DNA from: Styela clava
Taxonomy: Eukaryota
DNA: 64,000 nt
Reading direction: 5' to 3'
Assembly (NCBI RefSeq): GCF_964204865.1
Contig: NC_135258.1
Coordinates: forward strand, 6,386,001 to 6,450,000
The position numbers were made by a program, and so were the translations under genes. The notes beneath the pieces are model-generated. The model made no database searches. It was not told the DNA's origin and saw only the letters and a program-made list of their open reading frames with translations. Of the stretch, positions 25,554-39,045 are shown piece by piece (position 1 is the first letter of the stretch; each line of letters starts with the position of its first letter).

Positions 25554-28167
25554 TTTTATGCTTCCGTTTTTTTATTGTTTCCCAAACATATTGCAGAATA
25601 AAAAAATAATAATAAAAGAAGAAAATTGCAATTGCATTTTATCTTTTATTACCACAGTATTATTCAAAACAGTGGCTTCTAAAGTTAAATTACTGGTGGG
25701 CAAATGTAAAAGCGTGACAATATTCGCGGGCCGAGAGAGGGGAGCGCCGGCAAGGGGCCATTGCTTATACCGGTACATATTATCAAGATACAGGTATAAT
25801 TGAATTGTGTCAAATATACACGTGCTTAAACTGTGGTAATGACGTACGGTTAGGGATATCTAGATCGCTAAAAGGTAAAAGTATAAAGTGTAAACTATTT
25901 CACGTAAGTACGGCGGGCCCTATTGAATCGTTACGCGGCCCGAAATTGGCCGCGGGCCACGGTTTGGGACCCACTGAACTAAACATAATGTCGTTTTAGA
26001 GACAGCATGGAGGTGTGTTTCACATGTGTTGGGTAAAAGTTCTGAACTAACGAGCCAAATCTTGATCCCTGATACTGAGTCGAGTTACTATTGTTTAATG
26101 TCAAACCGTTGCCGACTCTTTTGAGTTCTAAGTCAGTATAAAGTGCGAGGTTGCTAGCGTAGAACTGCGGTACCTGCCGAGACCGGCCCCTGTGAGGTCC
26201 TTGATGAAAACGCGTAAAATTCCGGTTTTTTGTATATTATAATGTTCAGTCAAAAACTTGTCCAGTTCATTTTGCTTTCGTCGTTACATCGTTTCCAAAA
26301 ATGTTTGAATCATCTTACATCCTAAGCTTATTACTTACAGCTTACAGGAAATTGAATTGGTCCGGAGTAGAACGTTACTAGAAATTCGTAGAAGTATAGT
26401 AGTTTGAGCGCAACTTTCTAGCAATTAAAATTTGAAATTATTGTTACTGCACTCGTTGCTGTAGGCTTCGTCGAGTATGGTAAATTACCAAAGTCAACAA
26501 CTTTATAAATGCATTGTGGTAATTTGTGTCCTAAAATATAACATCGCGTTATACATCCACGTCATTGGGCCTTGATGACGTATAGTATTCGTCCTTTAAT
26601 AGCATGTTATTTTGATTTGAAAGTCATTTTTTGATTTGTGCTGCTTTGAGACTTTGATTATTTTTCTGTCAGGTTCATCACATACATACCAATCACAAAT
26701 GGCCGTATTTAGCGGCCGTATTAAATATGTTCCCTATACTCTCCTGGCTTTCAATTATGCGTACCGATTTTTCAATAATATATAAATATTAATGTATATA
26801 CAATGTGTTTGAATGTGGATAGACTAATTCTCAAAAATTAAAGTCTTGAGAATGTTCTTGCTGAATTCGGCTTTTGCTTATGGCATGTCTTTGCCCAATA
26901 CAAACGTAAAAATTGGCGCGCACCCTGCCAAACATGTGAAGTCAACGCAAATGTAGAATTTTGATCGCTCCAGGAGTGTATGTATCAATATGAAGGGAGC
27001 TAATTTTGTTCGTCTACTATACATCACGTTAGGTGGTAAAGGGACTGATTACTATGGGCAGGGGGTATATTCACTTGGCTAATATAGACAGTCTCCGAAC
27101 TCATAATAAAACTAAAAAGGGAAAATCGGAATAAAATTAAAGCCTAACCTCAACCTGGTACACACACTACGGAAGTACCAAATTCTGTGTACAGGAGTGC
27201 AGGTTTAATAAATGTTTATCTACTTTTATGCGGTCAAAATCAAGATTCACACTTAACGGCGCACGACAGAAATAATGGATGTTTTCAGAATGCATTGGCC
27301 AGAGTTAATACATATCCGTGGTATATCTTTATTTATGAACCAGTTTCCTCATTTAAGCTACTGGGAATCACATAATCGGAGAGTAATCGGAAATAATTCG
27401 GTAACCTACATCCTGCCTATTGCGTGTAACTAGTTCAACAGAATAAAACAATGGAAAGATATATAGGAGGAGTCTCTACGATGCAAATCAAATAACACAA
27501 TATATATTTTATATTAGACAGTAGATCAATTGGATACAGGGTCTTTTCTCCTGTTTTTTTTTTTGAAATATATTAGTAGCGCAAAATGAAATGATTAAAG
27601 CTGAAGTTTCCTTAGAACAAACAATTTCTCTATGGTGTAATTGAAGGCGCTCCAGAAGTAAATGTACCAATTACCAAAATGTAATTAATTTTTTTCGCCT
27701 ACTTTTGTTGTGTAAAGGGACGGAAGCATATGGGCAGGGGGTATATGACCTAAATTATGACCTAACCCTAACTTGTTACAAACACTATGGAGGTACCAAG
27801 TATTGTGCTTAACTGTGTTGCCATCGCGGATTTGAGATCTCGAGTTAAATCATATGCTCACCCACCTGTAAATGATCTTGTTAAAAGGTGTAACCACGTC
27901 GATTGAAAATTCCCTATTATTTATTTTACTAATAATCTGCTTCACACGTAAGCAACCCTCGCATATTTCCGTCCAACTGAAAGTCTGGCTAAAGATTGAC
28001 CACAAGATTTCAACATGTTTCTATATGTTTAAATTTATTCTGGTTCAAATTTTTTTGATTGTACAAGATATTTTTTCTGTGGGTTTCAAAAATGAATGGT
28101 ACAGTAGAAGTGATAATTAAACGAATACACATTAATGACTTCTATAATTATCTTTCTTCTGACAAGT

Positions 28168-28362
28168 TCATCCTCGACCCGATACTGGCCTTCGCGTGGT
28201 GGTTGGCAAGCCACAAGCAAGCTTCGGTGGTGGTTGGTTATTATCCAAAATCACCAATTCTACTTCTTTATAGTTCCCATCGTTCGCCGACACCATCATT
28301 ATTCTTGGTGAAATAACCAGAGTGAAGGCTGCAGTCAGAAGCAATACACTCCCCCAGTTCAT
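28168..28362 (-). CDS. Small ORF with a signal-peptide-like N-terminus (64 aa); possible first exon or relic of a secreted-protein gene
   Basis: MNWGSVLLLTAAFTLVISPRIMMVSA-NDGNYKEVELVILDNNQPPPKLACGLPTTTRRPVSGRG*. ATG in an A-rich context. A diverged remnant (ATGAACTGG plus upstream DNA) lies at ~26253-26540. Confidence 0.35.
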   Translation of the reverse strand: MNWGSVLLLTAAFTLVISPRIMMVSANDGNYKEVELVILDNNQPPPKLACGLPTTTRRPVSGRG

Positions 28363-31300
28363 TCTGCTTTTCGTCGTAACTTCGTTTCCAGAAATACCTC
28401 AATAATATCACATTCAAAGCATATAACTTACAGCTTACAGAAAATTGAATCGGTCCGGAGTAGAACGTTACTAGAAATTCGTAGAATTATAGTATTTTGA
28501 GCGCATCTTTGTAGCAATTAATATTTGAAATTATGGGTATTGGGCTGTTTTCTAATGGCTTCGTTGTGAATATCAGATTAACAATACTAAACAACTGTAT
28601 AAATCATTGGTAATTTGTGTCCTAAAACCTAGCAATGCAATATACAGCCACGTGTGTGTGTGTAGTACAGCGTTTCCCAACCTTTTTGGTCGCGGACTAT
28701 TTTCTTAACGGTGAAACCCTTTGCGGACTCAAGGTGCGTTTATTGCAACCGTATACTCTGTGTGAACAGGCAATAAAACCGAACACAACAGAATTTTAAC
28801 GAATTTCAACAATGGCCTTTTCTGTCGCACAATATTCAATCCATGACAACGACGAGAATTTAGGATGTATTCCTATTTTAACTTAATTGTGTTCATGATA
28901 ATTCGCGGTTGCGTCGAATTACGACAAGATGAAAGTATTACTTCTTTAAAATACAATGGCGATCTGTGAACATAATAATGTGAGAATATATTGTTCGATT
29001 ATACTTAGTTTTGATACATATTTTTGCGATCTTGCTAATTTGTTATCACCGTTAGAAAAATCCTACTATCTGCTATAAATTTTTAGAAAGTACAACTTGA
29101 TTTAGACTTATTAAAATATATTTGAAGTATATATATTAGTAAATCAAAAATACATATTCATCGCCATGGTTTATTATTAATTTCATTGTGAGCTTTTTAA
29201 TCTGCGGTTGTGTTGACGAAATAAAAGCAATACTACTCTGAAAATATGATGACAATCCGTGGACACAAAGATGCGTGGTAAAGTGCCCGATTATATAATC
29301 TGAGCTGTTCGTACAACACCTACGGCAATATTCGGAAAGTAATCGGGAATAATTCTGTAACCTACATCCTGCCTATAGCGTGTAACTAGTTCGACAGAAT
29401 AAAACAATGGAAAGATATATAGAAAGAGTCTCTACGATTCAAATCAAATACCACAATATATATTTTATATTAGACAGTAGATCAATTCATGAGAGGATCT
29501 TTTCTCCTGTTTTTTTTTTTACAAAATATATTAGTAGCGCAAAATGAAATGATTAAAGCTGAAGTTTTCTTAGAACAAACAATTTCTCTTTGGTGTAATT
29601 GAAGGCGCTCCAGAAATAAATGTACCAATTACCAAAATGTAATTGATTTTTTCGGCCTACTTTTGTTGTGTAAAGGGACGGAAGCATATGGGCAGGGATA
29701 TATTCACTTGGCTAACACAAGAAGTCCCCGAACTCGTAATAGAACTAAAATAAGGAAAATCGAAATAAAGTTATGGCCGAACCCTAACCTACCGGAGTAC
29801 TGATTAAAAGGAAACCAATTGTTCTTTTATGATAATACATTCATTCCCCATTATTTACTATTGAAATTGATGTAAAATAAAATAGGTTCCACGTATATCC
29901 AATTTATGGCCTAATTATCTCTGCCAAGCAAGCAGGAACCGCAGAATCGTGACAAATTTAAAATTCTCCAATATCCTGCATCCTATCTAGCGTGAAATAA
30001 TTTCGACAGGTTTAAAAGTTTACAAATGGTAGATAGAAGAAGTCTTTGCGATTCAAATCAAATAACACAATATCTATATTATATTAGACAGCAGATCAAT
30101 TGATGGAAGGGCCTTTATTTTTATTTTTTTCGAATATATATTACTAGTAAAAAATAAATTGATTGAATCTGAAAATTCCGGCAAACAAACCAACGCGCGC
30201 GCTCTGGTAGAGGGAAACCGAGATGTCGCCAATCACATGAGAATGCATTCATTCTCCTTCATATTCACTATTAAAACAGTTACACAGTTACAGATAACCA
30301 CTATTGGGGTGAACCCGATTTAATACAATATATTTAATTTAAAGTATACTCTCAGGCACTCAATTGTGAAAGGAATCAAAGGTAATTGAAATAAAAACAA
30401 GATGTCCGCAATTGTGTCCATGAGAATGCATTAAAATGACTCGAAGCACCTAATTGGGTACTCCCTTAGTATGTGTACCAGTTTAGGGTTAGGTCATATT
30501 ATTATTCCGATTTTCTTATTTTAGTTCTAATACGAGTTCGTCCATAGGTTTCATTCCCTTTTAACACAACTTGATGTGAAATAGGTGAACAAAATTAGTT
30601 GCCTACATATTGGTATACATACTTCTGGAGCGACCTAAATTGTGCTATTTGAAAAAATAACGTGAATAGTCATCATTGTGCTGTTTTAAAAATGAGTTTT
30701 TTTTGTTACAGTTTGGGATTCGATTTGAAATAATTAAGCGCAGAAACTTTTAGGATTCGAATATTAAATTGCAATGTCTCACAATGACGTATTATCAGCA
30801 ATTTGTGAGTGATATAGGTATTATAATGTTTACCTGAAAGAACTCAAAGCAGGCAATCGTGCCATTAGAGAAAAAAGCATCGTGTGGATAGGTACAATTG
30901 TGTTGTTTTAATAAATGAGTTTTTTGTATTCACTGATCAAGATTCGATATGAAATAATTGAGTGCGGAAACGTTCAGGATTCAGGTATTCAATTGCATCG
31001 TTTCACAATAGCGTACTAGCTGTCAATCATGGTAAACATATTGTACATATATTACATTAATACAATTAATATATAATTACATTAATACACGTTACATATG
31101 AATTATTGAGACTAATTCAATCTCTGAAGAATTTGAATTGAAAAATGAATAAAATGAAAGTGAAATTGAAGATTCGAAAGTCGGAAATTGTGTTCAGATG
31201 ACAATACATTTAATAAATATTGTTGAGTGCACATACATATTATAAAAACTCTTCGATATATAACTAGAATAACGTCTCCTCCCCCATTTTTGGTCGACTA

Positions 31301-31705
31301 CCAAATTGTACGAGTATCGAGTCGTTCGACTACCGAGTTAATGTATAATTGAAAGGAAACCAAGATGTCGGCAATTGTTCTTATGTGAGATTCATGCGCC
31401 TTTATTCACTATTGAAATAGATACACAGATGCAAATTTAAAAATTAATGAAGATTTAATCGAAGAAAACAAAATACTAATAAGATTCTTGATGAATTAAA
31501 CTAAAATTATTTGAAAGGACTATAAGCAGGCTATTGTGCCATTTGATAAGACATTGTCTGAATTGGCGGGCATTGTGGTCAATAGAAATCCATTCATTAA
31601 ATCATACATGCATCATTATTGTGGCATTTTAATATAGATTTATTAACTATTGTCACTATTGATTTTGTCGTAAATGCGCAGGATACTGATCATGCAGGTA
31701 GAAGA

Positions 31706-31786
31706 TATAAAGCCACACTTTGTAGGGCAGGACAACACAACAAGCCGAAGAGCAAAGACAAACTGTTTGAAAGAAACGAGGTATTT
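31706..31786 (+). promoter_or_regulatory. Putative TATA box and short non-coding first exon of copy 3
   Basis: TATAAA at 31706-31711 and donor GAG|GTATTT at 31781. Matching acceptor TTTCAG lies ~24 nt before the ATG. The block is conserved upstream of all four copies. Confidence 0.5.
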
Positions 31787-32547
31787 ATTTTCATTTATTT
31801 GGTCAATAGCTATGATCATCGGGATTCGAAACTAGGTCATATAATCTGCGGCTTAACTGAGATTAAATAAGCGAGGTTGCTTCAAATTAGATTCATTCAA
31901 TTCTCTATGTTTCGCTGACTTTTGGCAAATAGTTCTTGTCCATCGGTATTCAAACTCAAGTCAAATAATCTGCGGTAAAATTGAGATTAACTATTTTGTT
32001 ACTCGCGGGCCAAAATCAAGGGTTGCAAGTCTTGACGGGCCGAACATATTTTTTGAAAGTTGAAAACCGAACGGCTGAAGAAACTTCTTCATAAACACCA
32101 AGAAATGATACATCTCTCAAATAGAATAAAAATTTATTTCCTCATTGAATTTCATCTCAGATAATTCCATTTGACTATTTTCTGCGTGATTGAACACTTT
32201 GCACTCGTCATCAACGGGTTTCGCGGGCCGGATTATTTTACTTCGCGGGCCGGATCTAACCCGCGGGGCGTGGGTTGCCGACCCCTGCTATAAGGAATTA
32301 TGTTAAATACTCGATCTTTCGAACTCTCTATTTTGTTGATTTTTAGTATCATGATTAAGGATGGATATTACACTCAAGTCGCTTTAACTCATCTAAAGAA
32401 TTTTGTCCAAACATGTGCGAATCAATATTCTACTGTTTTTTTATCGTTTATTTTTCCTTTCTCATTCTTCTGGTATTAACCGTGACCATTTATGAGCGCC
32501 TGATCGTATCAGTCCCTCCTGTCTATACAAAACTAATTTATTATTTT

Positions 32548-32657
32548 GGACCTCCTGAAGTATGCGCACCAAGATGGCGCACAACCTGAACTCAGGTTGT
32601 GTACCAGGTTAGGGTTCATGTTATGCGACATCTTGGTGGACATACCTCAGGAGTACC
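32548..32657. mobile_element. 110-bp palindromic MITE (GG termini; Merlin/Mutator-like)
   Basis: ~33-bp imperfect TIRs and TSD ATTATTTT. Empty site in copy 1 (~9670-9690). Duplicate at 43225-43334; related copy at ~48990-49110. Confidence 0.75.
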
Positions 32658-32782
32658 ATTATTTTTTATTATTACGATGACTGTTATTTTATTTTGGTTG
32701 ACGAAAAAAATAAAAATCTCTCTCTCTATGTGTTAATTTCCTTACATTATACGTTTCAGAAAACACAAAATCTTCAAAGAAA

Positions 32783-35700
32783 ATGCGTCTGAAAATTGCA
32801 GCTACCCTCTTTGTCGCGCTCTCTCTCCTACTGGTGGAGGAGTCTCATGGTTGGGGGGTCAGAAGACTCGTTCGACGAGTAGGAAGTATAGCTAGGAAGG
32901 CTGTGAAAGTCTATAAAAACGTTAGAAGGCATCCGTAAGTTTATCCTCACTGCTCCTATAAATATTTAGTTAATTACACTGAACATTTTATTACCTTTGC
33001 GAGCGCTCGCTCCAGAAGTGTGTGTTCCAATAAGGAGGTAACTAATTTTGTTCGCCTATTTTACATCAAATTGTGTAAAGAGGTTTGAAACCTAATGGTT
33101 TATTAATTTGGCTAACACAGACAGTCCCCGAACTCGTAACCGAACTGAAATAAGAAAAATTGGAATGAAATCATGGCCTAACGCTAACCTGGTACACACA
33201 ATACGGGAGTACCCCTTTGTGTATAATTTATAATATTATAAAATCTTGAATGTTTTAATTTTTTACAAAGTTTTTAGAATAAGATAGATAGTAACGTGTT
33301 TTATACTCCGCCGTGGTACAAAAAAATAGTAACACAGAGGATAAACACACAACTACAAGGAACAAATACTCCACTGATAGTGTGTTTATTCAAGACTATT
33401 CTTAAGATAAAAATAGAATTTGATGCCGACATTTTAAAGTCCAAGGGTGGGCATTTACTTTCCTAAGTCAGGGGTGTGCTGCGGCCCGCGGGCCAAATGC
33501 AGCCCGGAAGGAAAAATTGTGCGGCCCACGGAATAGTGCCAATTTTGAATGATGTGCCCACGAAACAAGTTATTAGTTTAGATAATTTGGTACGTGCGCA
33601 CAATTCCAATCTATTCGCATCGCAAAGCCTATACCAGTACCGGAGTGGCACCAGGTACTAACTCACCATTTCTGCAAAGCCCCCTAACAATGCCGTAAGA
33701 TCAATAACAAAAAGAAACAATTTTTGGTGCCTGCAACTACTAGAACGGCTATATTAAAAAAAAGCGCGGCCAGCGGTTTCACCCAGTTATTTGTATCCGG
33801 CCCTCCTGTAATAAAAGTTGCACACCTTTATTCTGAGTGGCAATGGACGTCCAAGTTATTTTCAAGCCAAAGTTATTTTCAACAGAAATTTATACGAATA
33901 AAAACTACAGTCTAAATTTGTAGCAAGCACAAGTGGGCCGGATGAAACACTTTGATGGGCTGGATCCGGCCCGCGGGCCTAATTTGTCCACCCGATTCAA
34001 ACGATAAAAGGAACAAATTTACTTGGACGTTTAGTTTTTGTTGGGTTTGTGGTAAAAATAAAAAACACCTTCCCCTCAGTGCGACGATATAAAATTCGAA
34101 TATCAAATTTTTTCAGACACTTGGTTTTAGGGATGCAAGGAGTCAAATTGAAAAAATAATGAAACCGACGAACCCTGTATATATTCTTCATTTATTTTAA
34201 AGCTTGGGCCACATTGCCATAGAAGCGGCCAAAAATTATGTTAAAAGTCGTTGGGACAACAAAGAAGAAATCAGTAGGCTGAGAGAGCTCAGAGAGAAGG
34301 TAATCTACTATATTAATCTGTTTTAGACAAAGCCAGCGGTTATTAAAGTGTCAAGACTTAACAGTTTCGGCATGGCCGGTTACACATCTCGTGTTCGAAT
34401 CCCATGCCCCTCACCTTAACCAGAATGTAATGAATTGGGTATTCAAGGCTGAACCAGAAAAATTGCCATTCTTTTAAAAAAGTCGTCAGATATCATTGAC
34501 TACTCGTAAAGAATCTCGTTTAAAGCAAAAGCACCAAATAAGCGTATGCGGATCATAGCAAAAATTCAAGTTTTCTATTTTGAGGCGCGACGGTGTGGCG
34601 CATCGTGCTAAGCGTTAGGAATACGCTCGCCATCGCACCTCTGATTATCATGCGTGAATGTGCGAAAGGATTCCTAAACTCTTTGCCGTCGTAAGGTGGT
34701 TCACCTAACCGCTGGTCGGTTACGGCTTCTTCCACCATCAAGTCCATACATCTAAAAACAAATAACTGGCTAACTAATTCCATACCCAATATTGACTGGT
34801 AACCGGTCGAGATGCCGTGGTTCGCCATATGATTAAGCCAACATTTCGGCATTTCTCTCACCCTGGACAACTAAATACGTAAATCTCATCCTATTTACAT
34901 CACCATTGTCGTATAAATACTTCGCTTCACCATGAATGCCCGTGACGAAATAATATTGGAACAATCCTACATGGCGAGAAATCTGTCGCTATTAACTGAT
35001 AATCTGAGTGTTGAATAACAATCTCCTGCCTATCGCCTAGTTACGAGTCAATATTTGAACAGTTAACTGGTTATTCGTCCTTAATATGTGTAGGCTACTT
35101 GATGGTTAAGAAAGTCGTAGCTGCTGCGTGAATCACCCCACGACAGCAATTCTGTCGCACAAATTATGCCCGCGGAATTTCAACCTTCTGACTTACGTAG
35201 AGCAATCAAATGTGGCGATAGCAAGCGTGTTCCTATCGCCAAGCACAACACCCCAACCTTTGACCCTGGTTCGTTCTGTGGCTTCCAAATTTCAGCACAA
35301 CTTTCTATTTGTTCAGGACGAAGAAGCCTATAAGAACGCAATGTCCATGATCGCTGATGAAATTGCGGCAGAATCTGGAGATGGTGAAGCTCAGATTATG
35401 GTGGAAATGTTGGACGAACTTGCCAGCATGCCTGACGGTAAGTCGCAGCCTTTAAAACTACCCTTTTTATCTTTTTATTTCATAATAAAAACGACAGATC
35501 TTAACAACGTCACAATGTTTCACTCAATAGTGTTGTTTTATTGCTAATTCACATCCCTGAATATTAGTGGTGCTTGCCTGTACAGGGCTTGTCCGGAGCG
35601 AAGGGCATTAATGAACGTCATTTTATAAAAAAAAAAATGAGAAACATGGCATTTGTTCAGTACATACTCCCGGTGGACTAGATAGTCTGATGCAGTGGTT

Positions 35701-36210
35701 CTCAAATTTTTTAGGCCCCGCCCCTTTTATAGAGTTTGTCAAGTCACGCGCACTACCTCAAAAATACCCAGATAACGATAATCTACAAATAACAGATAGT
35801 AAGGCGAAAGTATGTTTAGTTCAAAATCACGTTAAAAAAACATGAATGGAAAGAAAATAATAAAATAAACAAAAAGTTTTGAAATGTAAATATCCGAATT
35901 AGGTGGGGCAAGATAAAATCTGATAAGAATTTTTATTTTTAATTAGCTTCACGCCCTCTCAAAAAACTGCGCCGGCCGTTTGATAACCACTAATCTGATG
36001 GGAATATTTTCTGATTAACTGCACGTGACAAGATTTCGTGATTCTCTCCTATAACATACAGTATAAACGTCTTTTTCTTCTATTTCAGAGGAATTCAACC
36101 GATTCATGACTGAGCAAGAACTCGAACAAATTGCAGACTCTGATGAGCTGCTGTTATCATTTCAGTCAATTCCTGACGGACAGACCGACGAACCGACACC
36201 CAGTTATTAA
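32783..36210 (+). CDS. Styelin-like antimicrobial peptide precursor, copy 3 (163 aa)
   Basis: Exons 32783-32934, 34203-34299, 35317-35437, 36089-36210 (492 nt). Protein: MRLKIAATLFVALSLLLVEESHG-WGVRRLVRRVGSIARKAVKVYKNVRRHPLGHIAIEAAKNYVKSRW-DNKEEISRLRELREKDEEAYKNAMSMIADEIAAESGDGEAQIMVEMLDELASMPDEEFNRFMTEQELEQIADSDELLLSFQSIPDGQTDEPTPSY*. Confidence 0.9.
33469..33830. mobile_element. hAT MITE in intron 1 of copy 3 (duplicate at ~44145-44510)
   Basis: CAGGGGTGTGC(AAACT) ... AGTTGCACACCTTTA; imperfect TSD TCCTAAGT/TTCTGAGT. Confidence 0.7.
34583..34895 (+). mobile_element. SINE family A copy (duplicate at 45263-45575)
   Basis: Same sequence family as 59278-59629. Confidence 0.7.
35693..35992. 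mobile_element. hAT MITE, 300 bp, last intron of copy 3 (duplicate at 46506-46807)
   Basis: CAGTGGTTCTCAAA and TTTGATAACCACTA; TSD GTCTGATG/ATCTGATG. Empty site in copy 2 at ~24811-24840. Confidence 0.82.
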
Positions 36211-38856
36211 TTTTATGCTTCAGTTTTTTTATTGTTTCATACAGATATCGCAGATTTAAAAACAAAAAAATAAAAAATAAAAGTGGCGCCATCGTAAATT
36301 GTAACTGTATTTTATCTTTTCTTGCTTGAGTATTAATCGAGATACCTTTAACACAAGGGGGTGCAAATGCGGATCAGACAGAAGTGGAAAATGTGCAGCC
36401 GCGAAGAAATGCTAATTTTGAGTGGTGTGCAGTGTGCATTGCGCAGCCCGAGAAACGAGATTTTAATTTAGTTAAATCTAGTAATTCCAATCCCTTTACG
36501 TTCAAAGCCCATGCCCGAGTTCAACGTAATATCTATGCTTATAACATGGGCCTTCAGTAATATAGATTGCACATTCCTACTTTAACAGAGCGTAAATTTA
36601 CCAAACTCTTAACCAGTGTTCCCCATAAGGAAATGTTACACTGAGAAAATGTTTGTTTTACTGAGCAAGAATATTCTAAAGTTGAGCAGAGTTTTTCATG
36701 ATTTACAAACTATGTGAAATATTACAACAGTCTAATATATTGTCGTACAAAGTAGGCTTCATATTTTACTTGAAAATGTGGATTGGACATTCTAACTAGG
36801 TGTTAGAAAATATAACGAGCCACGCTTCGAAAACGTAATGTTTCAAGTGAGCCAGAATGTGATTTTATTGCACAAATGGTCTGGTGTTACCGCGCAATGG
36901 CGCAGTTGCGAAAAGAAATATACGAGTCGGAATATAACGATAAATAACTCAACTTCAAGTAAGATTGAAGATTCAGATGTCAGGCAGAATCTTGCGTCTG
37001 AGATCTGTGACTTGTCGCAGTTAAAAGAAAAGTAGCGCCCATAATGTAAACCTGGTCAACGTGACGACACGGTCAATCACCTGGAGGCACAAAGTGAGAC
37101 GTCGATATACCCTTATAATTAATAGCAGATTTTGTATATATAATTGAAATATTTATTCTTGAACAAAATGAGTTCCATAAATATCAAAAATCGACCGATT
37201 TTTTTTTGCTGAAGGAAATTTTTGGTTGTTCGTTTTGTTGTTGGGTAAAAACTGGCCTACAGCGACAATAAATATTTAATTTAGTTAGCATTATCTCTTG
37301 TTTTCATTTTTTCAAATTTGTTTGTTGACTAGCTGAATTTTATTAAGCGGAAACCCCAGATATTATTCCGTGAAAACCAAGAATACATGAGTTTTGACCA
37401 GCTTCATTTTAGCGGCCGTATTAAATATGTTCCCTATACTCTCCTGGCTTTCAATTATGCGTCCCGATTTTTCAATAATATATAAATATTAATGTATATA
37501 CAATGTTTTTGAATGTGCATAGACTAATTCTCAAGAATTCAAGTCTTGAGAATGTTCTTGCTGAATTCGGCTTTTGCTTATGGCATGTCTTTGCCCAATT
37601 CAAATGTAAAAATAGGCGCGCACCCTGCCAAACATGTGAAGTCAACGCAAATGTAGAATTTTGATCGCTCCGGGAGTGTGTGTATCAATGTGAAGGGACC
37701 TAATTTTGTTCGCCTACTATACATCACGTTATGTGGTAAATGGACTGATTACTATGGGCAGGGGGTATCTTCACTCGGCTAACATAGACAGTCCCCGAAC
37801 TCGTAATATAACTAAAAAGGGAAAATCGGAATAAAATGGTACACACACTACGGAAGTACCGAATTCTGTGTACAGGAGTGCAGGTTTAATAAATGTTTAC
37901 CTACTTTTATGCGGTCATAAGCAAGATTCACACTTAACGGCGCACGACAGAAATAATGGATGTTTTCAGAATGCATTGGCCAGAGTTAATACATATCCGT
38001 GGTATATCTTTATTTATGAACCAGTTTCCTCATTTAAGCTACTGGGAATCACATAATCGGAGAGTAATCGGAAATTATTCTGTACCTACATCCTGCCTAT
38101 AGCGTGTAACTAGTTCGACAGAAGAAAACAATGGAAAGATATATAGAAGGAGTCTCTACGATTCAAATCAAATAACACAATATATATTTTATATTAGACA
38201 GTAGATTAATTGGACAGAGAGTCTTTTCTTCTGTTTTTTTTTTTTTTGAAATATATTAGTAGCGCAAAATGAAATGATTAAAGCTGAAGTTTCCTTAGAA
38301 CAAACAATTTCTCTATGGTGCAATTGAAGGCGCTCCAGAAGTAAATGTACCAATTACCAAAATGTAATTAATTTTGTTCGCCTACTTTTGTGGTGTAAAG
38401 GGACTGAAGCATATGGGCAGGGGGTATATGACCTAAATTATGACCTAACCCTAACTTGTTACAAACACTATGGAGGTACCAAGTATTGTGCTTAATTGTG
38501 TTGCCATCGCAGATTTGAGATCTCGAGTTAAATCATATGCTCACCCACCTGTAAATGATCTTGTTAAAAGGTGTAACCACGTCGATTGAAAATTCGTTAT
38601 TATTTATTTTACTAATAATTTGCTTCACACGTAAGCAACTCTCGCATTTTTCCGTCCAACTCAAAGTCTGGCTAAAGATTCACCACAAGATTTCAACATG
38701 TTTCTATATGTTTGAATTTATTCTGGTTCAAATTTTTTTGATTGTACAAGATATTTTTTCTGTGGGTTTCAAAAATGAATGGTACAGTAGAAGTGATAAT
38801 TAAACGAATACACATTAATGACTTCTATAATTATCTTTCTTCTGACAAGTTCATCC

Positions 38857-39045
38857 TCAACCCGATACTGGCCTTCGCGTGGTGGTTGGCAAGCCACAAG
38901 CAAGCTTCGGTGGTGGTTGGCTATTATCCAAAATCACCAATTCTACTTCTTTATAATTCCTATCGTTCGCCGACACCATCATTAGTCTTGGTGAAATAAC
39001 CAGAGTGAAGGCTGCAGTCAGAAGCAATACACTCCCCCAGTTCAT
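38857..39045 (-). CDS. Duplicate of the small signal-peptide ORF (62 aa)
   Basis: Paralog of 28168-28362. A CGA/TGA difference makes it 2 aa shorter. Confidence 0.3.
   Translation of the reverse strand: MNWGSVLLLTAAFTLVISPRLMMVSANDRNYKEVELVILDNSQPPPKLACGLPTTTRRPVSG

Larger units (their letters stand above)
26708..37329 (+). repeat. Segmental tandem duplication, unit A (~10.6 kb)
   Basis: Near-identical to 37408-48168, at an offset of about 10.68 kb over most of the unit (e.g. ATG 32783 vs 43460). Confidence 0.95.

Noticed and set aside
27755-27775. CCTAACCCTAAC as telomeric repeat
   Set aside because: Only about 2 units, and internal to a dispersed MITE-like repeat.
34553-34870. Recurrent 105-aa ORF (also 45233, 11091, 22181)
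   Set aside because: Antisense reading of SINE family A.
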